From a virus, in IMG/VR virus record IMGVR_UViG_3300037808_001133, positions 4,601-68,600 of that record: a stretch of DNA of 64,000 bases. The stretch is one strand, 5' to 3'. The translations under genes and the position numbers were made by a program. Shown in pieces: positions 47,232 to 56,188 of this stretch; position 1 is the first letter of the stretch; each line of letters opens with the position of its first letter. The notes beneath the pieces were generated by a model that was not told the origin of the DNA, made no database searches, and worked only from the letters and a program-made list of their open reading frames with translations.

Positions 47232-48350
47232 TCAGAACGGTAGGTCAAACCCCTCGGTTGCCTTCGACTCGTCGGACTCAGCCGGAGGGTTCGCCTCTGC
47301 CGCCTTGAGCGCCGCGAGCTCCTGCGCCTCTCCGAGCAAGACACGCTGCCGGTCGATCAACTTCAGGAGCGAAGACTTGCTCCCGCTGACGGACTGCATG
47401 TGCGCCCACGACTTGTCTGCGATATCGGTTGCCCCGACCTCTTTGAGCGCAACGCACAACCGCTCGACCTCGGCGCACTCGGCGCTTGTGTCCTCGGCGA
47501 CGTCCGTCCTCGTGTTCGGCGCTGTCTGCGGGATTGCCTGGGCTGGTGGTGCCACCTCGGAGAACGCAGCGGTCGCAGAGTTCTTCTCGGCCTTCGGGTC
47601 GTCGCACCAACGCTTGACCGCTTCCGCGAGGTCCGCGCCGAGGTGCTGGCTTGACACGTTCTCCAGTCGGTCGTCACGCGTCTTGACCACGTAGCCGGTT
47701 CCGCGCTTGCAGAAGACGGCAACGTCATACTCGTAGATCACGTTGCCGTCCTGGTCGGGCATGACGTCACCCAGTCCGTCCTCGGCCTTCTTGTGGCGAC
47801 TCTCCTTCTTGGCGCGGCACGTCGAGATCACATGCCCGGGATACTCCATGAGCGCCCTGACGAACTGATTGTGCAGCGGTCTTGCCGTGCTCCACCCGTC
47901 ACCCTTGCCGCGAGTCTGCGCGTTGATTTTGTCAACGATTTGCAGGAGGGCCCGCCACTCGTCCGTGATCCCGTCGAGCACGACGATTTCGATTCCAGCC
48001 TGCTTGCAGACCTCAAGGGCCCGGCAGAAAGACTCGGGTCCGCGTGACCCGTCCTCCATGAGCATGACTTGGAACCCGCCGATCGTGAGACCTTGCCGAA
48101 GGCACCGGTTGCAGTTGCACGGGCGGTCGGCATACTTCTCTGCCGAGCCGGTGCCGCCGTCTTTCCTGTCTGCGCTCTCGACCGTTTCGGTGTCGAGCAC
48201 CGCGATCTTTGACACGGGTATTCCGTAGAGCTTTGCGAGGTGGTGAGCTAGCGCGAGAGCGCCGTAGGTCTTGCCCGAACCGGACTCCCCAAAGAAGAGG
48301 AGGCGGCCCCAGATTTTCCCGCGTCGTGCGGGTCGTAGTGTGAATTCCAT
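47232..48350 (-). CDS. Sak4-like AAA recombinase
   Basis: GESGSGKT, VVLDGIT.EW, T.RAK and YEYDV; GAAGGAG SD before ATG 48350. Confidence 0.82.
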   Translation of the reverse strand: MEFTLRPARRGKIWGRLLFFGESGSGKTYGALALAHHLAKLYGIPVSKIAVLDTETVESADRKDGGTGSAEKYADRPCNCNRCLRQGLTIGGFQVMLMEDGSRGPESFCRALEVCKQAGIEIVVLDGITDEWRALLQIVDKINAQTRGKGDGWSTARPLHNQFVRALMEYPGHVISTCRAKKESRHKKAEDGLGDVMPDQDGNVIYEYDVAVFCKRGTGYVVKTRDDRLENVSSQHLGADLAEAVKRWCDDPKAEKNSATAAFSEVAPPAQAIPQTAPNTRTDVAEDTSAECAEVERLCVALKEVGATDIADKSWAHMQSVSGSKSSLLKLIDRQRVLLGEAQELAALKAAEANPPAESDESKATEGFDLPF

Positions 48351-48435
48351 GTTGACTCCTTCAGTGTAGTCAATAGGTGGTAACGGTGTAAACGGAACGT
48401 ATAGAACGGGTCGGACACCCGACCCGGGTGGTGAT

Positions 48436-48579
48436 TCATTCGTCAGTAGCGCGGGCAATGCCGGTGCAACGACCGGCTTGCTCGCCAAACTCTTCGGTGA
48501 GGTCTCGACCGCACGGCTTCCCCGGTGCTTCGTGCTCGGGGACGTCAACGACCTCCCCGCACTTGTCGCAAGCTGTCAC
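48436..48579 (-). CDS. small Cys-containing protein
   Basis: GTGA-coupled; CDKC. Confidence 0.45.
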   Translation of the reverse strand: MTACDKCGEVVDVPEHEAPGKPCGRDLTEEFGEQAGRCTGIARATDE

Positions 48580-48914
48580 GCCTTGCCGTCCTTGTTGCAC
48601 ACCGGGCACTGCCACGAGCGCGGCTCTAGGTCGGGTCGAGCGTTGGGACTGAGCGCTTGCATTCCAGGTGTCTCGGTGATCCAGCCTTTGAAGCACCTCG
48701 GGTAGCTGCAGGTCTCCCTCTCCTCTGGCAACTTCCCGTCTGGCGAGTTCCACCGCTTGTGGAACTCGTCCCAGACCTCCGGGAAAGACCGTCGGAGAAT
48801 GTGCGCGTTGCTACTGTCGGCCTGCCGCATAGCAGCCATGATCAAACCGTAGAACGGCGGCGTCGGGTCCAGCGCGTAAAGCTCACGACTGACCTTGTAT
48901 TCGTGAAGGCTCAT
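48576..48914 (-). CDS. conserved phage protein with zinc ribbon
   Basis: FYGLIMAAMRQADSSN...FPEVW.E...R.N.P.G; ATGA-coupled. Confidence 0.65.
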   Translation of the reverse strand: MSLHEYKVSRELYALDPTPPFYGLIMAAMRQADSSNAHILRRSFPEVWDEFHKRWNSPDGKLPEERETCSYPRCFKGWITETPGMQALSPNARPDLEPRSWQCPVCNKDGKA

Positions 48915-49297
48915 ATCAGTCCCCCGAGTCCGAACCGTCTTGCGCGATCTGCCTTGCTCTTTTCCGTGTCGTAGCTTCGGAGCGTCGCGAGTAGCCACCG
49001 TGAGGTCTCGTCGCTCAATCCTTCAAGCTCGGCCTGGACGCTTTGACGCTGACCGCCACGCGTTCGCGCAGCTGCTCCCTTGAGGGCCCGGGTGACGTCG
49101 CGGTGCGGTCGCCGCAGTTCGTCTCCACGCGCCGCGATCAACGCGACAGCGAGACGGTCGAGTCCGTGAAAGCAGTTGTCGCAAGCGCACCCGTCGGTCC
49201 TGCCTGGGCAAGTAAGACCGGCCTCGGCACACGAGCACCCGTCTGGATTCTGCGGGTGGTGATTGCAAAGGTAGGCGCGAGGCTCAAAGACAATCAT
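48911..49297 (-). CDS. Cys-rich hypothetical protein
   Basis: ATGA-coupled start at 49297. Confidence 0.55.
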   Translation of the reverse strand: MIVFEPRAYLCNHHPQNPDGCSCAEAGLTCPGRTDGCACDNCFHGLDRLAVALIAARGDELRRPHRDVTRALKGAAARTRGGQRQSVQAELEGLSDETSRWLLATLRSYDTEKSKADRARRFGLGGLI

Positions 49298-49461
49298 GCC
49301 TGCTCCTCGTCGTCGTGCTCGGCGTAGTGCCCGCAGCCCGTGCACGGCTCCTCGTGGTCGCACGGTTGCCGGGCTTGCTTGTCCGGTTTGTCGAGCGGCG
49401 CGAACCGCGCCTCCATTTCTTGCTCGTAAGCCTCTGCCGGGTCTGCCGGGTAAATACTCAT
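49294..49461 (-). CDS. small acidic protein
   Basis: ATGA-coupled start at 49461. Confidence 0.5.
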   Translation of the reverse strand: MSIYPADPAEAYEQEMEARFAPLDKPDKQARQPCDHEEPCTGCGHYAEHDDEEQA

Positions 49462-49679
49462 GCCGTGTCCCTCGGTGTTCTTTTCTTGAGTCCTTTTCGA
49501 AATCGATCGCAGTGCCCAACGAGGCACCGCAGCGTTGCTTCCATTTCCTGTGTCGTTGACCCCTGCTCCATTGCCTTGAGCGCGAACCCTCGGAGGTATT
49601 CGTTGAGGTCCTGGTCGGTCACGACGAGGGAGTCAACGCAACCTCGTCGCGGCCCGAACCTTTCGTGTGCCTGTTTCAT
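49458..49679 (-). CDS. hypothetical protein
   Basis: ATGA-coupled to dnaB. Confidence 0.55.
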   Translation of the reverse strand: MKQAHERFGPRRGCVDSLVVTDQDLNEYLRGFALKAMEQGSTTQEMEATLRCLVGHCDRFRKGLKKRTPRDTA

Positions 49680-51058
49680 GCCGGGGTGAACCGCGTGAAC
49701 GTCTTCTCAAAGCGAAGTCTGACCATGCCGGTTGGACCGTTCCTGTTCTTCGCCACGTTCAGGAGCGCAAGCTCGTTGAGTTCAGGCTTGTCGGGGAAGT
49801 AGTACTCGGGTCGGTGAAGCAGCATGATCACGTCGGCGTCTTGCTCGACCTGCCCGCTGTCTCGTAGGTCGGCCATGATCGGTTTCTTGTCGCTCCGGTC
49901 CTCGACCTTCCGGTTCAACTGCGCGAGCACGCACAGGTGAATGTTCAGTTGCCTGGCGTAGCGCTTGAGCATGATTGAGACCTCCGTGATTTCTGCGTAG
50001 CGACCACCGCCCCGTGTGTTCTCCGTTCCCGAGAGCAGCTGCATGTAATCGACGAAGACGATTCGGCATTGGTGCCGCTGGACCATTCGCTCAAGCACGC
50101 GTCCGAGGTCCCGCACCGAAGCGACCACGCCGTCGAAGACGCCCAGGCGTTCGCCGGTCTGTTCAAGCCACATGATCCCGTCGACGGTCCTGCCGTATTC
50201 CTGTTTCGCTGTCTCGCTGTCGAAGCGACCCGGTTCGGTCTCGCCGAAGACCCCGCGTCGAATCTTGGTCGTGTCCACGCCGCCGAACGAACCGGTCGCG
50301 TTGCACGCCAGCTGGAGGCGATCCATTTCCAAGCTCGCGATCCCGACGCGCTCGTTCCGGTTGAGCATTGCGGCTGCGAGGCAAAGCGCGAGGCTCGTCT
50401 TTCCCATGCTCGGTCGCGCTGCAAGGATCGACATTTCGCGGGGCCTGAAACACTGGACGACTTCGTCAAGGTCTCGCCAGCCCGACACGACACCCGGGTC
50501 ACGGTTGGGATCGTTGACGTGGTCCAGCAGTTCCTTCGCGAGCACGTCCCCGGAGTAAATCTTCTGACTTGCCCGGTCGGCGGTCACGGCGAAGAGGAGC
50601 TCATGCGCCTTGTCGAATGTGTCGGCGACCTTCCCATTGCTCCAGCCAAGCTCAACGATCCTCGCGCCGGCTTCGATCAGTTGCCTCTTCCGCGAGAGGG
50701 CCATAACGATCTTCGCGTAGTAGTTCACCTGCGCAGCGGTCGGGACGGTGTCTACCTCAAGCACGACGAGGTCGGTCTTTTGGTCGTCGCTCAGTGCCGA
50801 GCCTTGCCGCTCCATGTCGTTCGTGACCGCAAGGGCGTCCACGGGAATCCGCCGCTCACGAAGAGAGGCCATGCTTCCCCAGACTGCCGAGAGCCAGGGG
50901 CTGTAGAAATCTTTCGGGGCGAGCGGGGTCTCGAGTTCGTCCAGCCCCTTGTATCGATCGAAGCATGCAGCGAGCACGTTTCGTTCGGCGTCTTTGTTGT
51001 TCGGTGGCGTTCGTCGGAGGAGCGGGTTAGGTGCCTCTCCTGTTGTCCATGATTCCAT
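49676..51058 (-). CDS. dnaB: replicative DNA helicase
   Basis: AARPSMGKT, SLEM, DYMQL, AQLNR, LRDSGQVEQDAD and KNRNGPTG. Confidence 0.97.
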   Translation of the reverse strand: MESWTTGEAPNPLLRRTPPNNKDAERNVLAACFDRYKGLDELETPLAPKDFYSPWLSAVWGSMASLRERRIPVDALAVTNDMERQGSALSDDQKTDLVVLEVDTVPTAAQVNYYAKIVMALSRKRQLIEAGARIVELGWSNGKVADTFDKAHELLFAVTADRASQKIYSGDVLAKELLDHVNDPNRDPGVVSGWRDLDEVVQCFRPREMSILAARPSMGKTSLALCLAAAMLNRNERVGIASLEMDRLQLACNATGSFGGVDTTKIRRGVFGETEPGRFDSETAKQEYGRTVDGIMWLEQTGERLGVFDGVVASVRDLGRVLERMVQRHQCRIVFVDYMQLLSGTENTRGGGRYAEITEVSIMLKRYARQLNIHLCVLAQLNRKVEDRSDKKPIMADLRDSGQVEQDADVIMLLHRPEYYFPDKPELNELALLNVAKNRNGPTGMVRLRFEKTFTRFTPA

Positions 51059-52031
51059 TGGGGTCCTTCAGTTGAGTTGGCGTCGGCTTGTTCCAGTTGG
51101 TCGGCGTGTACAGCGGGCGGGTCGAGGGCGGCGGTATCGAGAGACTCGCTGTCGCGTCCTCCTCGACCTCTTCACCCCAACCGCCTTCGCTGAGCCATGT
51201 GCGAAGGCCGCGGCGGAATAATTCCGGGTGACGCTTCGCCAGGACGGCGGCACCCTTTGCGCCGTCGAGAATCGCTGGGAAATCGTCGACCCCGACGGAC
51301 CCTTTGGTGATCAGTTCCTTTAGCCACTTCTCGATCGCGAGCGGTTGCGGGACCACCCGTGGGGCGCCCCTATTGGTCGGGTGCGGGTAGATCGCCCTAA
51401 GTCCATTGATCAGGTCTGAGCTTGACAGCGAGGGAGCGCCTGTACGGCCCTGTTTCCCGGTTGACCGCGTCCCAGGACGGATCTGCTGCGAACGTGCCGT
51501 CTGCGCTACCGCTCGCAGCGTCCGGGGGTCTCCTGGTCGCGGGACGCTGGAGGGTGGCGGCTCAACATGGATTGGGAGGGTCTCGCTTGAGCTAGGCTCA
51601 GCTGAACCTAGCTCAAGTGTCCCCCTAGTTACTGTCTGGTTCATAATAAGGTGGTCGCCCGAACCTAGCTCAAGTGAGCCGCGATTAGGTTCGGTTGAAC
51701 GTGCTTCAGTTGAACGTGCTTCAGTTGAACTACGCTCAACTGACAGCGTGTAGAGGTGCCGCCTCCAGTCTTTGCCAGGGCGACGCGTTATCGAGATCCA
51801 CCCGGTCTTCTTCGCAAGCTTGAGGTGCTTGGAGACCGACGCTTCGGACAGGCCGGTTTCGATCGCGAGCAGGTCGAGGCCCGGGTAGCACGACCCGTCG
51901 TCGCGGCTCATTCGTAGCGAGAGCACGAGCAAGACCAAACGCGTCGTCGAAGACGCGGGACCAGCTGGTGAAGCGACTGCTCGTCGCCAGGCAAACAAAT
52001 CGACTGTCACGGTTCCCCGGTTTGTCGTCAC
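51027..52031 (-). CDS. replication initiator (lambda O-like, N-terminal wHTH)
   Basis: CYPGLDLLAIETGLSEASVSKHLK..K.GWI; upstream of dnaB; internal repeats. Confidence 0.78.
   Translation of the reverse strand: MTTNRGTVTVDLFAWRRAVASPAGPASSTTRLVLLVLSLRMSRDDGSCYPGLDLLAIETGLSEASVSKHLKLAKKTGWISITRRPGKDWRRHLYTLSVERSSTEARSTEARSTEPNRGSLELGSGDHLIMNQTVTRGTLELGSAEPSSSETLPIHVEPPPSSVPRPGDPRTLRAVAQTARSQQIRPGTRSTGKQGRTGAPSLSSSDLINGLRAIYPHPTNRGAPRVVPQPLAIEKWLKELITKGSVGVDDFPAILDGAKGAAVLAKRHPELFRRGLRTWLSEGGWGEEVEEDATASLSIPPPSTRPLYTPTNWNKPTPTQLKDPNGIMDNRRGT
51586..51740. repeat. iteron-like direct and inverted repeats (putative origin)
   Basis: GAACCTAGCTCAAGTG at 51604 and 51661, inverted copy at 51586, tandem GTTGAACGTGCTTCA at 51694 and 51709. 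Confidence 0.7.
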
Positions 52032-52216
52032 CCGTTTGCTACAAGAGAGTCGTGCCGGTGACGTGTGGCGCGTCTCTTGGTACTCCTTCAGTTGGGAGCG
52101 ACCCCTGGGCTAACCAGGGGTCGCTTGCTGTTGTACAGACTCGCTCCAACAAACCCAGCGAAATAGAGGTTGGGAGTAACTGGATTGCCCGGTGTAAACG
52201 GGCTGTGGAGTTGCAC

Positions 52217-52474
52217 CTATCGCTGGCGACTTATTGTGGAGTCGTTGTCGGAATCGCGAGCGGTGTTTCGCTCGTGCAAGATCCGGAGCGCTACTGGCTC
52301 GTCGGTCGGCCAGACGTCCATGACGCCCTCGCAGTCGGGGCAGGGTTCGGTCCTTCGCTTCGCGTTTGGTCGGTTCAGGCTGAAACCGTTCCGACCGCAC
52401 TCGCGACACGACCACCGTTCAGCGGGTGGTAAATCCTCCGGGTTGATCCGGTCGAGAATCCCAGCGCTGCTCAC
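52217..52474 (-). CDS. zinc-ribbon protein
   Basis: GTGA-coupled; CREC...CPDC. Confidence 0.55.
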   Translation of the reverse strand: MSSAGILDRINPEDLPPAERWSCRECGRNGFSLNRPNAKRRTEPCPDCEGVMDVWPTDEPVALRILHERNTARDSDNDSTISRQR

Positions 52475-52869
52475 TGTGGCTTCTTCCCGTGCAGCGACGA
52501 CCAACGAGTGTCGAGGAAGCAACCGCCCGAGCTACAGCTTCGGAGACCGCACGGCTCCCCGTCCCACTTGCAGCGCGGCGAGGTGCGCCGCTGCATTTGC
52601 CGCGCCATGAGTTTCCCAACGGCCATATCCAGCGCGAGCGTTCCCTCAAAGGTTTCCTCGTCATACTGCCCAACGCGGATCGAATACTTGACGCGCTCGA
52701 CGAGGTCGTCTCGCGGCTCAAGCTGCTCGACCGCGTGACCGATCTTGCGGGCTTCAAGCATGCACTCGGCACACAGTAGTTCCTCGGTGGGCGCGGGCCC
52801 GGTCTTCGACTTCGCTTTGGCGATCCGACCCACGGCTGGGCGGTCGCATTCCTGACAGGCTTTGATCAT
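52471..52869 (-). CDS. Cys-rich hypothetical protein
   Basis: GAAGGAG SD; CQEC...CAEC. Confidence 0.65.
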   Translation of the reverse strand: MIKACQECDRPAVGRIAKAKSKTGPAPTEELLCAECMLEARKIGHAVEQLEPRDDLVERVKYSIRVGQYDEETFEGTLALDMAVGKLMARQMQRRTSPRCKWDGEPCGLRSCSSGGCFLDTRWSSLHGKKPQ

Positions 52870-52986
52870 TGGGTTCTCCTTCGGTTGGGTGTAGACACCT
52901 ATCGGTCGTTGCGTGGCGAGACCTTTAGGGGTTTCAAATTTTATTTGTGAGCACCCGCCCGCACGGCGCAGGCGGGTGCTCGCGTG

Positions 52987-53208
52987 CTACCGCTCGTTGA
53001 TACCCGGGTTTCTCTCGGCGTCGGTCAGGCACCCGTCGCCGCAGTCTTCGCCGGTCGAGATCCAGCCCGCGCCCTCGCGAGTGATCAGTCCGTCGCGCTC
53101 CAGGGCGACGAGTGCCTCCTGAAAGTCCAACGCGTCAAAGATTTGAGGCACGGAGCTTTCCTCGACGCGCTTGAGCAGGGCGTCCTTGATTGCTTCCAGT
53201 CCGCTCAT
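52987..53208 (-). CDS. small protein, winged-helix-like
   Basis: ATGA-coupled to queE; LVALERDGLI. Confidence 0.5.
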   Translation of the reverse strand: MSGLEAIKDALLKRVEESSVPQIFDALDFQEALVALERDGLITREGAGWISTGEDCGDGCLTDAERNPGINER

Positions 53209-53867
53209 TCGACGTCCCACGCCTTGTGCTGCTGGACCGAGAGTCTCCAAGCGGGGTTCTCCTTGCACCAATTGATCGCGCACCAAAGGTTCGAAGAGGA
53301 GTCGGAGTCCTGCGGTGCCCAAGCAGGCGAAGCGAACCGGTGAAGCTCGGCGGCATGCCGAGATTCAATCCCGCGATCGTCTGGCGGGTTCCCAGGCGAC
53401 ACGACGCAGCGGACCTCGTCTGCTCGGCGAAGCCGAGTCGGCCCCTTCGGCGAACACGAAATCCAATCAGCCGCGTCAAGCACCTCGTCGCCAGACGTTC
53501 CGTTCGTCTCGACCGCCGTGTACCAGCCGTCACCACGAAGCGCGTAGAGCAGTTCGCGGTCAAGCTGAAGCGTCGGTTCCCCGCCGCTAATCACGACAGC
53601 CCGATTCGCGTGAGGGCGGCTCCCCCAAAGCACGGCCAAGGTTCGAAGGATCTCGGGAATGCCGAGGCGCTCCCCGCCCTTGAAGTCGGTGTCGCACATA
53701 AACCCGACGTCAATCTCAAGGCCCTCCATTTTGCGGTCGAGTTCCTCGGCGTCGACGCACTGAAGGTTGCAGCCCGCGAACCGCAAGAACAGCGTCACGG
53801 TTCCGGCGCGGTGCCCTTCGCCCTGAAGCGTCGGTCCGAAAATCTTCTTCACCGAATAGGTCTTCAC
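53205..53867 (-). CDS. queE: 7-carboxy-7-deazaguanine synthase (radical SAM)
   Basis: TLQGEG, FLRFAGCNL, CDTDF, SGGEP.LQ, ETNG, SPK and WRLS.Q.HK; GTGA-coupled start at 53867. Confidence 0.93.
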   Translation of the reverse strand: MKTYSVKKIFGPTLQGEGHRAGTVTLFLRFAGCNLQCVDAEELDRKMEGLEIDVGFMCDTDFKGGERLGIPEILRTLAVLWGSRPHANRAVVISGGEPTLQLDRELLYALRGDGWYTAVETNGTSGDEVLDAADWISCSPKGPTRLRRADEVRCVVSPGNPPDDRGIESRHAAELHRFASPAWAPQDSDSSSNLWCAINWCKENPAWRLSVQQHKAWDVE

Positions 53868-54589
53868 GACTGTCTCGCATTCATTGTGAGTCCCAGTGCC
53901 TCGGCAAGCTTCGGGTAGATACTCTCCTCGGCGAGCTTTGCGGCGAACTCGCATGCGTCCCCCGAAGGGTGGTAGATCGGCGAGTAGTTGATCTCAAGGC
54001 CAAGGCCCAGGCTGTATCGCTCCTCTAGCTCGTCGGACTTTGACCACAGGTAGGGAGGCGGCCGCCGGCCAGGCCAGCTATGCCCTTCGAACTTTGCTCG
54101 AGCAGGCCACGTCGAGGTTGTCGGGTCAACGATCGTTCCCGACCCGTCGCTGTGCCGCAAAGCGAGCCAGCAATGAAGCTCGGGCATGAGCTCGCGAACC
54201 GTTCCGGTCTCCTCGCAGTAGGCTTCCCGCTTAACGCGTTTCTCACCCTGCCACTCAAAGCCGAACAACGGTGCGTCGGCGTCCTTGTGAGGGTCGGTCT
54301 CTGGCGTATGCCTCGGCCAGTAACACGTCCCGGCTTGAAGCATGAACTGCAACCCGTGTCGCTTTGCTCCAAGCAGCTGGAGCGCGGCTGCGTGAAACAA
54401 ACAGTCGAAGCCTGGCTTGACTGACTCGCTCCAGACGCTCGCGTAGAGAATGAGCGCGTCCTTCACGAGCTTGCGCTGCTTCGTTCGCGAGAGCACTTGG
54501 TCGTTCAACTCGTTCGCGGCAGCTGCGGGGCGTTGCCCGATCACCGCTCGCCTCCGAACCCTCGCGTTGAATTGCTTCTTGCCGCTCAT
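53864..54589 (-). CDS. putative transglutaminase/papain-fold enzyme
   Basis: DCLFHA...AG...HCWL...IVDPT gives a candidate Cys-His-Asp triad; coupled to queD and queE. Confidence 0.55.
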   Translation of the reverse strand: MSGKKQFNARVRRRAVIGQRPAAAANELNDQVLSRTKQRKLVKDALILYASVWSESVKPGFDCLFHAAALQLLGAKRHGLQFMLQAGTCYWPRHTPETDPHKDADAPLFGFEWQGEKRVKREAYCEETGTVRELMPELHCWLALRHSDGSGTIVDPTTSTWPARAKFEGHSWPGRRPPPYLWSKSDELEERYSLGLGLEINYSPIYHPSGDACEFAAKLAEESIYPKLAEALGLTMNARQS

Positions 54590-55053
54590 AGCGAAGCCTC
54601 GGCTTTGCAGTTCGGCGTCTCCCAGACAAGAACCTTCACGACGTCAACGCCCGCGCCAGCGAGTAGGTCTGGGCAAATCACGTCGAGAAGATAGCTCGCC
54701 ATGTTCTCGGCGGTCGGGTTGCACGGCATGAGGTAGAGCTTTTGAAGAGTCCCAACCTCATTCCGACCAGGGCGCGGCACGACCTCAAGGCGACCGACTG
54801 CTTTCGCGAGCGGGTCAACGTCGTTCATGATCATTCCGTGGTCCCACTTCTCGTCCAGCCAGCCGCCGATCTTTTCCTTGAGCACGCTGAAGTCGATCGT
54901 GCGACCGACCTCGTCTAGCTCGTCCGCTTGTGCAGTCACCTCGACAACGTAGCGGTGACCGTGGAGGTGAGCGCACTTGCTCTCGTGCTTGTAGACCCGG
55001 TGGCCCGCGTCGAACTCCAGCTTCCTCGTGCAAGTAACTTTCGTGTCCTTCAT
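54586..55053 (-). CDS. queD: 6-carboxytetrahydropterin synthase
   Basis: FDAGHR...C..LHGHRY, DF..LK, DH, PTAEN and WET. Confidence 0.95.
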   Translation of the reverse strand: MKDTKVTCTRKLEFDAGHRVYKHESKCAHLHGHRYVVEVTAQADELDEVGRTIDFSVLKEKIGGWLDEKWDHGMIMNDVDPLAKAVGRLEVVPRPGRNEVGTLQKLYLMPCNPTAENMASYLLDVICPDLLAGAGVDVVKVLVWETPNCKAEASL

Positions 55054-55295
55054 GCCCTCTTCTCCTTGGCTTTCTGTTCCGCGCTCGCGGTTGCGAGCCG
55101 CTCCTTGTGGAGCTCGATCATTAGTTCCTCACCATACGTACTCTTCCTGCCGACCCGCGAGAGAACGTTTCGGATCTCAAGCAACTCGGTGCCGACGCCG
55201 GGCTCGCTCTCGCGCAACTCCAACTCGGCTTCCTTCTTCAACGCAGCTGCACGCACTCGCGCTCGCTGCTCCTCTTCAATCAAAACTCGTTTCAT
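55050..55295 (-). CDS. hypothetical coiled-coil protein
   Basis: GAAGGAG SD; coupled to queD. Confidence 0.6.
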   Translation of the reverse strand: MKRVLIEEEQRARVRAAALKKEAELELRESEPGVGTELLEIRNVLSRVGRKSTYGEELMIELHKERLATASAEQKAKEKRA

Positions 55296-55320
55296 GGCGC
55301 TCCTTCAGTTTGGTTGTTGG

Positions 55321-55596
55321 TTAGTAGGTCCCGACCGTCAGCGAGTCGGCGTCCGAGAGGTCAGTTCCGTCGCCGGCCTGCCAAAGATCGCACGCAAGTA
55401 TCCTGAGCGCGAAGGTGAAATCGCACTCGTAGACCTCCTCGCCGTCTTCGAAGAACGTGACCTTGAGGTCCGTGACCCTCGGACCGCTGTGCCCCATGCC
55501 GGTTTGCCTCCTCACGCGCTCGATCTCGTTGGCGACGTAGTCCGGGAGGACGGTCCCAAGTTCCTCAAGCAGCGCGTCTCGGTTGTTCAGTTTCAT
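55321..55596 (-). CDS. hypothetical protein
   Basis: ATGA-coupled start at 55596. Confidence 0.55.
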   Translation of the reverse strand: MKLNNRDALLEELGTVLPDYVANEIERVRRQTGMGHSGPRVTDLKVTFFEDGEEVYECDFTFALRILACDLWQAGDGTDLSDADSLTVGTY

Positions 55597-55838
55597 AGGG
55601 GCAACTCCATGAGTTCTTCTTTGCTGCAAGCGCAGCGGATTGTGAGCGTTACCTTGCCGTCGTGACCAACGCGTTTCGCGAACGCCGGGGCCCCAGTAAC
55701 GAAGATCAGAAACGTAGCCAAGTCAGGGAAGTCAATCTCAAGCGGTAGGTCGGGGAAGTCCCTGTGAGTAAGAAGGCCGGTGACCAGGCACGAGGGGCCG
55801 GTCATGCTTTCGAAGAATTCTTCAGGCGTCATGGTCAT
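55593..55838 (-). CDS. hypothetical protein
   Basis: ATGA-coupled start at 55838. Confidence 0.5.
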   Translation of the reverse strand: MTMTPEEFFESMTGPSCLVTGLLTHRDFPDLPLEIDFPDLATFLIFVTGAPAFAKRVGHDGKVTLTIRCACSKEELMELPL

Positions 55839-56188
55839 GCGGCGCACTCGCCGCCACCGCAAAGCCCAGTCAGGAACGTGGTGAGTTCGTCGCACCAACT
55901 GCAAGGCGCCGCTGCGCTGCGAACAAGGATAGACCAGAAGGCGTCCTGCGATTCGTCCTGGTCGAGCGTGGCAAGGTTCGCGACGTCCAAGACGAGGTGC
56001 CTTATCGAAAGCCTCACGACGCGACCGGTCCCTGCGACCCTGTCGAACTCCTTCTTTGCGCTGCGCTCCGCGTCCTCCATTCGCGCAGCACCAGAGAGTC
56101 GGAGGTCACCCGACGAACCGCTCCACGGGTGCCACGCCCCGTCGCGCCAAACGTTGACGCGCCAAGCGACTTCGGTGTCAGCGCTCAT
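55835..56188 (-). CDS. hypothetical protein
   Basis: Coupled on both sides. Confidence 0.55.
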   Translation of the reverse strand: MSADTEVAWRVNVWRDGAWHPWSGSSGDLRLSGAARMEDAERSAKKEFDRVAGTGRVVRLSIRHLVLDVANLATLDQDESQDAFWSILVRSAAAPCSWCDELTTFLTGLCGGGECAA

